A stretch of DNA of 60,205 nucleotides from Chiloscyllium plagiosum (lineage: Eukaryota), in the NCBI RefSeq assembly GCF_004010195.1, contig NC_057755.1, positions 11,565,868 to 11,626,072 of the forward strand, read 5' to 3'. Both the position numbers and the translations under genes were made by a program. Under the pieces are notes generated by a model that saw only the letters and a list, made by a program, of their open reading frames with translations, had not been told where the DNA came from and searched no databases. This document shows positions 40,319 to 51,727 of the stretch, one piece after another. Numbering within the stretch: position 1 is the first letter of the stretch; every line of letters begins with the position of its first letter.

Positions 40319-40464
40319 AATCCCGGTGGAGACTTTTCATCTTTTAATGAAGAATGTGCTCTATTCTCTATGTTATTCCACAGAATGAGCAAAACTAACA
40401 GGGATCAACAGCTTCACAGTTGGGAGAGGAGAATTTGAGAACGTTCAACTGGGACGTTTGAACA

Positions 40465-40645
40465 ATGGATCAGAATCGACGAACATTAGACTGGAATATA
40501 ACAACAATGGATAGGGGTTTATCCTATTATATTTGGTATCTTTCTGCATATTATGATCGATTGGCATTATCGGACCGGATCCAACATGCACTTTACATTG
40601 TTCAGTGTGTTTATTATCCTATCCTGGCTATCGTTGGTGTCCCTG
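40465..40645 (+). CDS. Exon 1 of a GPR139/GPR142-like class A GPCR (N-terminus + start of TM1)
   Basis: MDQNRRTLDWNITTM...VYYPILAIVGVP, then G|GTAAGT donor (phase 1); N-glycosylation sequon NIT. Confidence 0.88.
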
Positions 40646-41489
40646 GTAAGTGTCAGTGTCCAGTTATTATTTCCAACAAAAACGCGTAACTGTATCAGTG
40701 TTATTTTCATTTACTCTACAGTTCTTTCAATATGCTGTTCCAACTGAGACTCTGAACCAATTATTCATTCTGTAAGTAACTACCAATTGCATCAGTAAGT
40801 GTGTTTGTTTACTCTTTCCGCTTTGCTTCTGGCAGTGTTCCTCGTGTGTCTCCATGTTCACCTATTCAATTTCTAGTGTGAAGAATGACTCACAGTAGCA
40901 CTCCACCTGTTATATAAATATTTGGAACATGGATGTCACTGCTTTCTGTTCTGGTTGCAAACTGTATTCCCTTCCTTTGACTACATTCCATCCCTGATCA
41001 ATATCTGTGGCTGAAGCAGACAAATTATACCTGTCATGGGCCCATTTCTGACAGCATAACCTGACCATTCCTAATTGTAATTACTGACACCTCCAGAATG
41101 CACTTCACTGACTCATCACTTCTGGTATTTCAAACTTGAGCCAAAGATGCCAATAATCTGCTGCTGACACTCCCAGCTTCAAATCAGAGGCGATAAATCT
41201 GATTCAACACCCCACATCTCGTATGTGAACTCATACCAACATCCCATGAAACATCCCTCAGTCTTTGTCTGCCGATTACCCAAACTGTTGCGAGATGTTA
41301 GTGTTCAAACTGGTTTCCTCCATGCATGTTTACTCTCAACCAATGATTTTCACATACACTCACACACACCACACATTCCAGACTCTACATCAGAACTTTT
41401 TTTTTGGTTCCATATCTCCAGAATCAGCAGCTGTTTACTTTATTTTAGATAGTCATGGTATTTTACACAGTGCAGAATTAATGGACGAC

Positions 41490-42600
41490 TTAATCTGTGA
41501 AGCGGGGAGGATGTGAGGGCAGAACTGCAGGAAATGGGTCAGTCAGAGCTGAAGGTTCTCTCTAACACAGTTTGGGGTTGTAGTTCTTGTTTTACAGAAC
41601 AGTAGATCAAGTCGGAGGTATAGTATCATCTGAATAAATGTGGCGGAGAGTCAGATACTGTGAGATGTAATCATGTGTTCAAGTGTTCACTCACACAGGG
41701 AAGGTCAGATTTGAAGGATGAAACAAAGAAACAGAATCGAAATTGCGGCTATTGAATTTCACCTTGTGTACAGGTGGATGTGAATATACATTCAGGCGAA
41801 GGTTAATGGATAAGCAGAGAGAAAGCAGAGGGTTGAAGACATATCAGCCACATTCGAATCACAGAATAGTATCAATGGGCCAAATGAGTGAATCTGCTTC
41901 TGTAACTTCACGTCTCAGTTATGGTGGTAAATATTTAAACAACTGTTTCACTACTCTCACCAAAACTTTATTCTCCTCAAAAACAAAGGCCTTATAGAGA
42001 ACATGAATTTGCTGTAGTTCACAAAGACAATCAAGCAATGTATCCAATCACAAACTGAAGCTTAAAAAGTGAACGAGACCACAGCTAGACGGTTCATAAT
42101 TGCTTTAAAGAAGAGATCTCTGATTTATTACAGAGATTGGAGAAGTATTTAATTTTCTCAGAGTGTTGTGAATCTTTGAAACTCTCTTGCCCAGAGAGAG
42201 TTGAGGTAGAGACCTTGAACATTATTACAGTACAGAAAGATCGATTCATGAATAAGAATGGAGTCAATGGTTATCGAGACAGAGGAAGAAGTATAGAGTT
42301 CATGACAGAATCAGGTCAGCCATAATCATATTGAATGTTGAGTCAGTGACTTATCATAATCACCTCCTACCTTCGCTTACTTATCACCACTCCATCTACC
42401 TTTCCACGAGCTCACACCCTCATTTATCTCTCAGTCCCTTTCCCCCTCCCATTCCTGATGAAGAGTTATGCTCGAAACTTTAACTCTCTTGCTCCTCAGA
42501 TGCTACCTGAACTGCTGTACGCTTCCCATTTCCACACTTCATTGACTCTGACGTCTCCTGCATCTGCAGTCCTCACTATTTCCTTGGAGGGCTGATTGGT
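41490..42600 (+). mobile_element. Intronic old CR1 fragment (~41490-42340) and PLE terminus with hammerhead core (42455-42477)
   Basis: Degenerate CR1 3' region; CTGATGA-A-GAG-TTATG-CTC-GAAAC followed by the GCTCCTCAGATGCT terminus. Confidence 0.65.
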
Positions 42601-43327
42601 CAGCTGATGAACCTTAATTCCTGTGATTGTACAAACCGACTCTAATCCTCCTCTTAGCTAATCTTAGTGTTGTTAGAAACATGGTTAGCTGGTTGTTTTG
42701 TACTTTGGAGATGACATGATGAACGGAAGGGCCTTTGTCTGCATGACTTTATGACTCTATAACATTCTCTTAACAACTGAAATCACTTGTGAACATTCGG
42801 ACGTCAGTTAACTAAAAAAGATAAGATCCCGAGGGAAGAGATTCCGTTGCAGAAGGAGACACTGTTTAGAAGTGGTTTCAGATAACTGAAAGGGCGAATA
42901 TGTTTTCCCTGCTTTTGCAGTTCTTCACGACAGAAGATTGACCACTACTCAGACTCAAAGTCCAACCTCTTTGCCTTCAAGGAACCGCGATAAAATCCTT
43001 CAGGACAGCAAATTCTTCACCTTCCGTATTAAGGACGGTAACGACATGACCTGCATCTGCTATTGAGTGACTGAGTGTGTGGGAATTTTCGAGAAACCAT
43101 CTGGTTCTAATGGATGTGTGCTTATGTGTTTGCAGAGGGACGGTTTCTTGCATTTTGCGTCATATTTTTGTCATTAATTATGAATTTATCATTTGTCATT
43201 TCAGCTCAATGAATCTCAAAGTTTGAAAATCTCAAGAGATGCTCAATAAAACTGATAATGTTGCCTCCAGGCATAATTTGTTTAAAGTTAAAAATCAGCA
43301 TAAAATGTTTGTTTTTCTTCTCCACAG

Positions 43328-44235
43328 TTAATGTAGTGACGATCTTCGTCCTGCTTTATAAAGATTGTGGATTGTCTCTATGTGTCAGTCGTTACCTGGT
43401 GGCTATGGCAGTGGCGGATTTACTGGTCACTATCCTCGACCTGATATTGAGACACATTCGCAGTGTATATTGGGAACAGTTCTATTTCCTGAAGTACATC
43501 CCCGTGTGTAATATCCACGCCGTCCTGCTTTATGTAGCCACTGACTGTTCTGTCTGGTTTACCGTCACTTTCACCTTTGATCGATTTGTGGCTATTTGTT
43601 GCCAAAAGCTGAAAAGTAAATACTGCTGTGAGAAAATAGCAGCTGTGGTACTGGGAACAGTGACTGTGCTCAGCTGTTTAAAGAACATCTTCTGGTATTT
43701 TATGCTTTCAGGTCAGTATTTACTTGGTAATAACCCCTGGTTTTGTCACATAACAAACGATGTTCTATTATCTCATGTCTGGGCCACAATTGAGTTCCTC
43801 CACCACATTCTCAACCCAGCTCTCCCATTTCTCCTGATTCTACTGCTAAATATTTTCACAGTCAGACACATTTTACTGACTAGCAGAGCCCGCATGAGAC
43901 TCCAGACATACACCAATGGTAACTGTCAGTGCGACACAGAAATGCAACATCGAAAAAAATCCATCACTTTACTGTTCGTGGTCTCGGCCAATTTCATCCT
44001 GTTATGGTCAACGTTTATGGTATTTTCCATTTGTTCCCGGTTGAGGTATATTGGGTTTGAGTCTATTTCTCTAGATTACTTTGTGCGCGAATTAGGGTAC
44101 ATGCTGCAGCTCCTCAGCTGCTGCACAAACACTGCAATTTATGCTGTCACTCAGACTAAGTTCAGACAGCAGCTGAAGAAAGTGCTGAAATATCCCTTAA
44201 CCCACGTTTACTATTCCATCAAATTTATTCATTAA
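43328..44235 (+). CDS. Exon 2 of the GPR139/GPR142-like orphan GPCR (rest of TM1 to TM7); spliced protein 362 aa
   Basis: Acceptor TTTTCTTCTCCACAG|TT is phase-compatible with exon 1 and gives GVPVN; TM2 YLVAMAVADLL; TM3 Cys and TFDRFVAIC; ECL2 Cys; TM6 NFILLW; TM7 CCTNTAIY; no internal stops. Confidence 0.93.
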
Positions 44236-44440
44236 TCAATCCATCAAGGATTCTTTGAATTCAATTCTAACGTTTCAACAATGAAGAAGCTCTTTGTTAT
44301 GGTAATAGACTGAGAGTGGTGCTGGTTTGTCGAAACTTATCGCAAAGTGGGTTATCGGGTCTTATTTCAATGTTTCTCTCAACCTGGGGACAATGAGAAA
44401 AGAAATCATTCTACTGATTGTATCACTTCAATTTGTAAAT

Positions 44441-44459
44441 AATAAAAATGCTGAATAAA
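44441..44459 (+). terminator. Candidate polyadenylation signals of the GPCR gene
   Basis: Two AATAAA (44441-44446, 44454-44459) about 200 nt after the stop codon. Confidence 0.5.
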
Positions 44460-44649
44460 GAGTGAAAAGCAGCAGAGTGAACTATGAGGCTGTTTGTCTT
44501 TGTGTTGAGAAGTTGAGTTACAGACACACAGACACGGCCCCAATTTCTGTTCCACACGAAAGGGGAGATGACCGGGCCTGGGCACAGGAGTTGGATTTAA
44601 ATCACTCTGTCCATGCGTTCAACTCTGGGTCAGCCACTCCCATCTGCTC

Positions 44650-45500
44650 TCAGCAGAATTTATCTCTCTACCTTGTTCCCTCCCCCTCCATATCTCCCTC
44701 CCACTTTCACGTTGTCCCTGTATCTCCTATCTCCTCCCTTCTTTGTCTCTCTTTTTCACTGTCCATTTCTTCATCGCGCCCTCTCCATCTTGTACACTCT
44801 CTAGCTCCCAATCTCCTTCTCTCACTTCACATACCGGCTTTCGATACTGTCCATTGCTGGGAGAACGCATTGCAGATCGGTGCACTGTTTTACTTCTCTC
44901 TGTCCCTCTCTTCCTCCCAGTCTCTCTCTGTCTCTCGACACATCTCTTTTCCTGTCACTGTCTCCTTTTCCTCTACCAGCCTTTGTCTCTCTATTTCTCG
45001 ATTACTTCCCTCTCTCTTTCTTCATTTCTCACTCTTTCTGTCACCCATCATCCTCTCACTAAACTTCTGTCCCCATCCCTCTGTGCCGGTCCCCCTCTCT
45101 GCCATCTCTTCTCATATCTGTAGCCGTTTTATATCTTTCTCTTTTGCTTCTCTTTTCCTCTCGGTTTACCTCGCTGTCTAGACCCCTCTTCCCATCTTCG
45201 TCCGCCTCTCTCTTTCCACTCTCTTTGAGAGAGAGAGAGAGAGAGAGTCTGCATATGAATAAGTTAATGTGATTGCACATGAGAGAGTGTATTTTTGCAT
45301 ATATGTTCAAGCTTGGCAAAGTGTGCGTAAATATGATGAGGCGTAAGCTATTGAGATGATACGTGCATGGGTGAGAGTGGAGTGTGCATGTGTGTGTGTA
45401 TGAGAAAATGTCCGTGTGACTGTGTGAGTAGCTAAGTGCGTGTGTGTGCATTTGTGCTTGTGGGTGTGCACGTGTTTATATGTGTGAGAGAATGGAGAGT
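44650..45500. repeat. CT-rich low-complexity tract, (GA)n and degenerate (GT)n microsatellites
   Basis: Seen directly in base composition. Confidence 0.9.
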
Positions 45501-45504
45501 GTAG

Positions 45505-46550
45505 TGGGGTCACCTGTAGTGTGACATGAGCCCAAGGTCCCGGTTGAAAACAGCATCATGGGTACCAAACTTGGCAATCAGCCTCTGCTCGGTCACTTTG
45601 TGACTGTCCAGAATATCGTCCTGGAGGATGGTCACACGAAAATCCGAGGCCAAATATCCCGGACAGATGGGGTATTCCCCAACTCGGATGGAACACCATG
45701 TCTGGTAATTGTTCTGCAGTGTTCATTCATCCATTGTCGCAGTGTATGCTTGGTCTGGCAATGTGCCATTCCTTTGGGCAACTTCGCCTGCAGCACAACA
45801 TAGGCTGCAACCAATAGGGTACACGTTGTGCGCAGTACTTTCCGGGAGACTAAAATCTTTCATCTCCTGGAAAGTACTGCGCAACGACGTGTACCCTATC
45901 GGTTGCAGCCAATGTTTGTATCCGAAGGATGCAATTCGTTGTGAGATACTTCCCAGCAGCCGAGAAAAAACTACACCATGTTCTTCGCAGCCTGCAACAA
46001 TGTATCAATGAGGATAAGCATATTGCCAACACCTTCTCTATGCCTCCACTTTCTGCCTATAAACAACCACCAAACCTGAATCAAGTCAGTGCTTGCAGTA
46101 AACTGTCCAGCCGTAGGACCAACATCAACAAAAAACCCTACAATACTGTCATGGCATCCACTGCAAGATGTGTCAGAGTGTCTAACGGATGCCCCCATTA
46201 TACCAGCCACCATATACACGGCAGTTACTCATGTGACTCGGCCAACGTAGTCTGTCTCATATGCTCAAAGGATGCCCTGAGGCATGATATATTGGTGAGA
46301 TGGAGGAGACGCTACGGCAACGGATGAAAGGACACTGCACAACAATCACAGACAGGTGTGCTCCCTCTTTGTAGGGGAACACTTGAACAATATGGAACTT
46401 TCAGCTTTGGATCTTCTGATGACCATCCTCCAGACGGACTTTGGGACAGGCAATAGTGCGAAAAGCAGAGGCTGATAGCCACATTTAATGCCCATGACGA
46501 TGGCCTCAATTGTGACCTTAGGTTCATGTCATACTACAGGTGACCCCACT
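45505..46550. mobile_element. Penelope-like insertion with an inverted pair of 3' ends (minus 45505-45795; plus 45930-46550) around a central hairpin
   Basis: Outer ends GGGGTCACCTGTAGT and ACTACAGGTGACCCC are reverse complements; peptide FVVRYFPAAEK...AYKQPPNL; GIY-YIG remnants. Confidence 0.8.
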
Positions 46551-46603
46551 GTGCTATACAAACTCTCTCTCTTTCAATCTCTCTCTTTCTCTGTCTCTCC
46601 GTC

Positions 46604-47103
46604 NNNNNNNNNNNNNNNNNNNNNNNNNNNNNNNNNNNNNNNNNNNNNNNNNNNNNNNNNNNNNNNNNNNNNNNNNNNNNNNNNNNNNNNNNNNNNNNNN
46701 NNNNNNNNNNNNNNNNNNNNNNNNNNNNNNNNNNNNNNNNNNNNNNNNNNNNNNNNNNNNNNNNNNNNNNNNNNNNNNNNNNNNNNNNNNNNNNNNNNNN
46801 NNNNNNNNNNNNNNNNNNNNNNNNNNNNNNNNNNNNNNNNNNNNNNNNNNNNNNNNNNNNNNNNNNNNNNNNNNNNNNNNNNNNNNNNNNNNNNNNNNNN
46901 NNNNNNNNNNNNNNNNNNNNNNNNNNNNNNNNNNNNNNNNNNNNNNNNNNNNNNNNNNNNNNNNNNNNNNNNNNNNNNNNNNNNNNNNNNNNNNNNNNNN
47001 NNNNNNNNNNNNNNNNNNNNNNNNNNNNNNNNNNNNNNNNNNNNNNNNNNNNNNNNNNNNNNNNNNNNNNNNNNNNNNNNNNNNNNNNNNNNNNNNNNNN
47101 NNN
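46604..47103. other. Assembly gap (500 N)
   Basis: Run of N. Confidence 1.
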
Positions 47104-47830
47104 CACGGCCCCTCTACTGGCCTTGTGTGCCTTCTTCAGGATTCTTTTGTGCTCATATCAAACAATTTTTCACAAAATGTTCCACATTCACTTTCATTCC
47201 TGGCCACCAATATATTTCCTTCAATCTCTCCTAACCTTTTCCAAACTTTGGTATCTATCTTTATCTTGAGACCAAAAATCATCTGATTCCTTTCTCCATC
47301 TGGTGCTGCGAATGTCAATTCACACAGTACCACATCCTCTTTTATGGTATGCCTTCCATTCCTTTTATTCCTCTGACTCTTTCCCTTCCAATGCTTCTTG
47401 TAATTCTTTATCCTTTCTTTGTTCTCCTGCTAGATCATTTGTGGCCAATTCTTTCTCTTTCTGCACTCTTATTTCCTTGATTTGCAGCAGCCATTCTTCT
47501 CCAGCTATTACCCCTCATTTGGCTAATTCATCTGCCTTTCTATTTCCCTCTGGTGATAACTTAGATAAGCATTTACTTTCAGCATTCCATGTTCCTTCCC
47601 TTTTGCCATTTCAAAGATGTACATCAGCAATGGGGCGGACAGTCAGACTTTCTTATCTGCTGACACAAAGCCTCTCACCTCCCCTATTGTCATTAAGGGT
47701 AACTATTCTGTCAGAGTGTTGCACATGTACATGCTATCTGAATAAATAGCAGAGCCTGGGGGAATTATCTCGGTAGCTCACTATATATGCCACTGCTGCC
47801 AACTCAGTGCTTGAGCTCTCATGGCCTTTG

Positions 47831-48661
47831 TCAAGATTAGAGTGGTGCTGGAAAAGCACAGGCCAGGCAGCATCCGAGGAGCAGAACAATTGACGTTTCG
47901 GGCAGGAGCATTTCATCAGGGAGCTTCCGGGGTGGAGAGATAAATGTGAGGGGGGTGGGGCTGGATAGAAGGCAGCTAAGAGTGAAATAGGTGGATGGAG
48001 GTGGGAATGAAGGTGATAGGTCGGTGAAGTGGGTGGAGTGGATAGGTGGGAAGGAACATTGGCAGGTAGGACAGGTCATGAGGATGGTGCTGAGCTGGAA
48101 GGTAGGAACTGGGGTAAGGTAGGAGGAGGGGAAATGAGGAAACTAGCAAAGTCCACATTGATGCCCTGGGGTTGAAGTGTTCCGAGGCAGAAGATGAGGT
48201 GTTCTTCCTCCAGTGTCAGGTAGTGAGGGAGTGGCGATCGAGGAGGCCCAGTACCTGCATGTCCTTGGCAAAGTGAGAGGGGAAGTTGAAATGTTCGGCC
48301 ATGGGGCAGTGGGGTTGATTGGTGTGGGTGTCCCGGAGATGTTCCCTAAAGCGCTCTGCGAGAAGGCATCCAGTCTCTCCAATGTAAAGGAGACCACATG
48401 GGAAATAATAAATGAAACCCTCCTCTCTGACCTATCGTCTTTATCCCCCTATTCCATTCTTCGCTACCTTCTCCCCTGCCCCACCCCCCTCTCATTTACC
48501 TCTCTACCCTGGAGGCTCACAGCCTCATTCCTGATGAAGGGCTCCTGCCCAAAACATTGATTTCCCTGTTCCTCAGATGCTGCCTGACCTGCTGTGCTTT
48601 TCCAGCACCACTCTAATCTTGACTCTGATCTCCAGCATCTGCAGTCCTCACTTTTGCCTCA
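47831..48661. mobile_element. PLE insertion (minus 3' portion 47831-48400 + inverted pLTR 48415-48661), 13-bp TSD
   Basis: CTCATGG(C/T)CTTTG at 47818-47830 and 48662-48674; hammerhead cores at 47892-47919 (-) and 48531-48554 (+). Confidence 0.88.
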
Positions 48662-49094
48662 CTCATGGTCTTTGGCAGCTTGAGAATTCTGCTATCCAAT
48701 TCTCGTCCTTGCTCATCTTCCATATAGGTACCATAACCAGTTCTCTGTTCTTCATGGAGATGGAGATGAAGAGCCATCAACGGACAGTTGTCAGGGTGAT
48801 TTGGCATTCCCATGTTGTTCTTCTATTTTTGTCTTTATCTGTCTCTTGTGATAGACATTCTTTGTATTCTCTTTACCAGCATTCCCTATGTTTTGTTTTG
48901 ATACAAATGGAATCTTGGGATCATTTACTAGCACCACTTGGCGCTCATGGAGTGTCCACTCACATGGTACTACTTTTAACCCTTTATACCTCTAAGTGTC
49001 TCCCTTGTAATAATAGTGTGGAGCAATTCTGTTCATGCATCAGTCCATCCAGCAGAATCTGAATAGGTGTATCTTCCATCAAAATTCTCAAGAG

Positions 49095-49490
49095 ATTCAT
49101 AGAGTCATAAAGATGTCCAGCATGGAAATAGACCTTTCTGTCCAACCTGTCCACGCTGGCCAGATATCCCAACTCAATCTAGTCCCACCTGCCAGCACCC
49201 AGCCCATATCCTTCCAAGCCCTTCCTATTCATTTACCCATCCAAATGCCTCTTAAATGTTGCAATTGTACCAGCCTCCACCATATCCTCTGGCAGCTCAT
49301 TCCATACTCGTACCACCCTCGGCATGAAAAAGTTGCCCCTTAGGTCTCTTTTATATCTTTCCGCTCTCACCCTAAACCTGTGCCCTCTAGTTCTGGACTC
49401 CCCGATCCCAGGGAAAAGACTTTGTCTATTTATCCTATCCATGCCCCTCATAATTTTGTAAACCTCTGTAAGGTCACTCCTCAGCCTCCA
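49095..49490 (-). mobile_element. Young HER1/CR1 3' end
   Basis: RTRGHRFRVRAERYKRDLRGNFF; tail CATAGAGTCATA. Confidence 0.9.
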
Positions 49491-50716
49491 ACTGGTCTAT
49501 ATCTTTCATTTCTCCATGCTTTGATCTCGAAAAGGTGCCATTCATCCTTCCTGAGACTTCTCAAGGGCCGAAGGGCCAAAGGGCCTGTACCACACTGTAA
49601 TGTTCTATGTCCCAAGCTCCTACCATTTTCCTTAACAACCATGCCTCTATATGTGTGTTGTTGGAGGAGTCAAGCATGTCACACGCCTTTTGTGACTGTC
49701 CTGTCCTGTGGGGCACCAGTATAGAGACCCATCAATTGTCAAAAGCTGCAGCCAAATTTCACCAACGTAGCCCTGAACCATTTGCACTCTGCAAGATTAG
49801 CCACAACCTTTCAGCAAACAAGTTGGGTGCTGCCCTGTCCTCTGTCTACATTTATTCAGGGTTTCCACTGGGTCCCCTTTATTCACTCCCCTGTCCATCA
49901 GTCCAGTTCCTTTAGAACATTTAACATAGAACATGGAACATCATCCAACTTGAGCCCTTCAGCCCTCAATGTTATGCCCACCTGTGGAACCAATCTGAAG
50001 CCCATCTATCCAATGACAATTTAAATACCCTTAAAATTGACGATTCCACTACTGTTGTAGGCACTGTATTCCATTGCCCTAATGTTGTCTCTGAATAAAG
50101 AAACTACCTCTGACACATGACCTATATCATTTTAAAGCTATAACTGATCTAATGTTCCTCCTCCTACATTTTGTGGCTCGGGCCAAGCTGAATGCATGGT
50201 GAGATGGAAGCACATCATTTTTCCTTTTTTTCTCCTCCTCGTTATCTAACCCTTGTATGGGTCGGTTGGAACAGCACCCAGGGGTAGTCTCCCTGTACTG
50301 TTGCTATATCTCTTAGTTGTTGATCGTAAAACATATAATGTCAGGTGGTTGCTGTTGTCTCCTAGTGATCAGGGGGCCACTGGGACAGTGGACATTTCTC
50401 CTGCTCCTCCCCTCAGAGGGGGACCACAATCCCCTGCATCTACCTCTCCATATTTGGCCACATCACCAGTGAGCCCTCACAGTCAATGTTCCTCCCATCC
50501 CTCTCAAAGGGTGGGGTTGCAAATGCACATATCATCCCTCTTCATGCAGAAATCTGACACTGCAACTTCCTTATCTGTTTCATACCTTTTGTATGATTAT
50601 CTGAGTTCCCCTTTTGCTCCTGTGCTGACTTACCGACTACATTCATAGCTATATCCAAATTGCTACATGAGATCTTTAACTCTTCTATCAGCTTGTGAAC
50701 CCTTTCAGTTTCCTCT

Positions 50717-51557
50717 TGTTACGAAGCTGGGTCGAATGATAGAGAATTGAAAAGCAGAGCGCGGTCACTTTAGGGGAGAAAGTACTTTTCTGAATTGAGA
50801 GATGTGACAGCACATGTGTCTGTGACTTGTTGACAGGTGCAAATATAGTGAGAATTGATTATATGCAACCATCAGCTTGGAGTTGTGTTTTGATGTTAAG
50901 ATAACTAGATTTGAATTTAACCAATTACCTTAAATTATGCCCAGGATACCAAAAACCAATTTAATTTAAATTTGATTGTATTGACAACATCAGACCAATG
51001 AGAGGGTACGAGTCTAGGGGCTTTAAAAGGAAGAGCATTCTGAAAATCAGTCAGACCTAACTGCCCATCAAACATGAGAGCACATTTCATCTGAAAGGGC
51101 TGTCAAAGCAATCTCAGCGAGCAACAGCTATTAAAGGTACCAAGATAATTTATAAAAATACTCACCCTAAAAAGTAAGAAGGCCCAGAGAGAAAACAGCA
51201 GATTGGGAGGATGGAAGAAAGCAGATTCTGGAGACTAGGAAGGAAAACAGCAAAAGAGACTGTATGGACTTTGAGAGATTAGGTTAACTTAATGTTTAAT
51301 AATTGTGTAATTGGAGCAGCATATGAATAGAGTTGGGGTCAGATAGTGATTAGCAAAGAAAAAGGGGGCTCGGGTTTATTAATAGTTTTTATTTAGTGTT
51401 CACTGTTAGTGTTTGGGAAATAAATTGTTATTTTTTTCTTTAAACAGTGGAAATCGGGGTATTCTTTCATTCACTCACATTTTTAACAGATTATGAGGGG
51501 AGGGGAGCTTATCTGGGTGTTTTAGTTTTAATTAGCAGAGGTATTTGATCTCTTACA
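50717..51557 (+). mobile_element. Solo LTR (841 bp, TG...CA, 4-bp TSD CTCT)
   Basis: Starts TGTTACG and ends CTTACA; CTCT at 50713-50716 and 51558-51561; AATAAA at 51419-51424. Confidence 0.75.
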
Positions 51558-51727
51558 CTCTTCACTTTACTCCTTTTTGCTTATCAAGTTCTTACACTGC
51601 ATCATATGCGTGACGTCTTCACCTCTCTGGCTTTGTAATTCCTGACCTTCTCAGTCAGTCTCTCTCTTTATCTCTTATTTAAGCTCAGCTTCCTCTGTTT
51701 GCAACTTCAACTTTTGCTGCTGCTTTC

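Noticed and set aside
43258..43327. ORF-track start MLPPGIICLKLK... as the GPCR N-terminus
   Set aside because: It is intronic: it contains the polypyrimidine tract and AG acceptor, and exon 1 supplies a proper TM1 in matching phase
44462..45181. 239-aa Ser/Leu-rich ORF
   Set aside because: Translation of CT-rich low-complexity DNA that lacks stop codons by composition
46488..47286. Long ORFs across N runs (also 24175-24753)
   Set aside because: Gap artefacts
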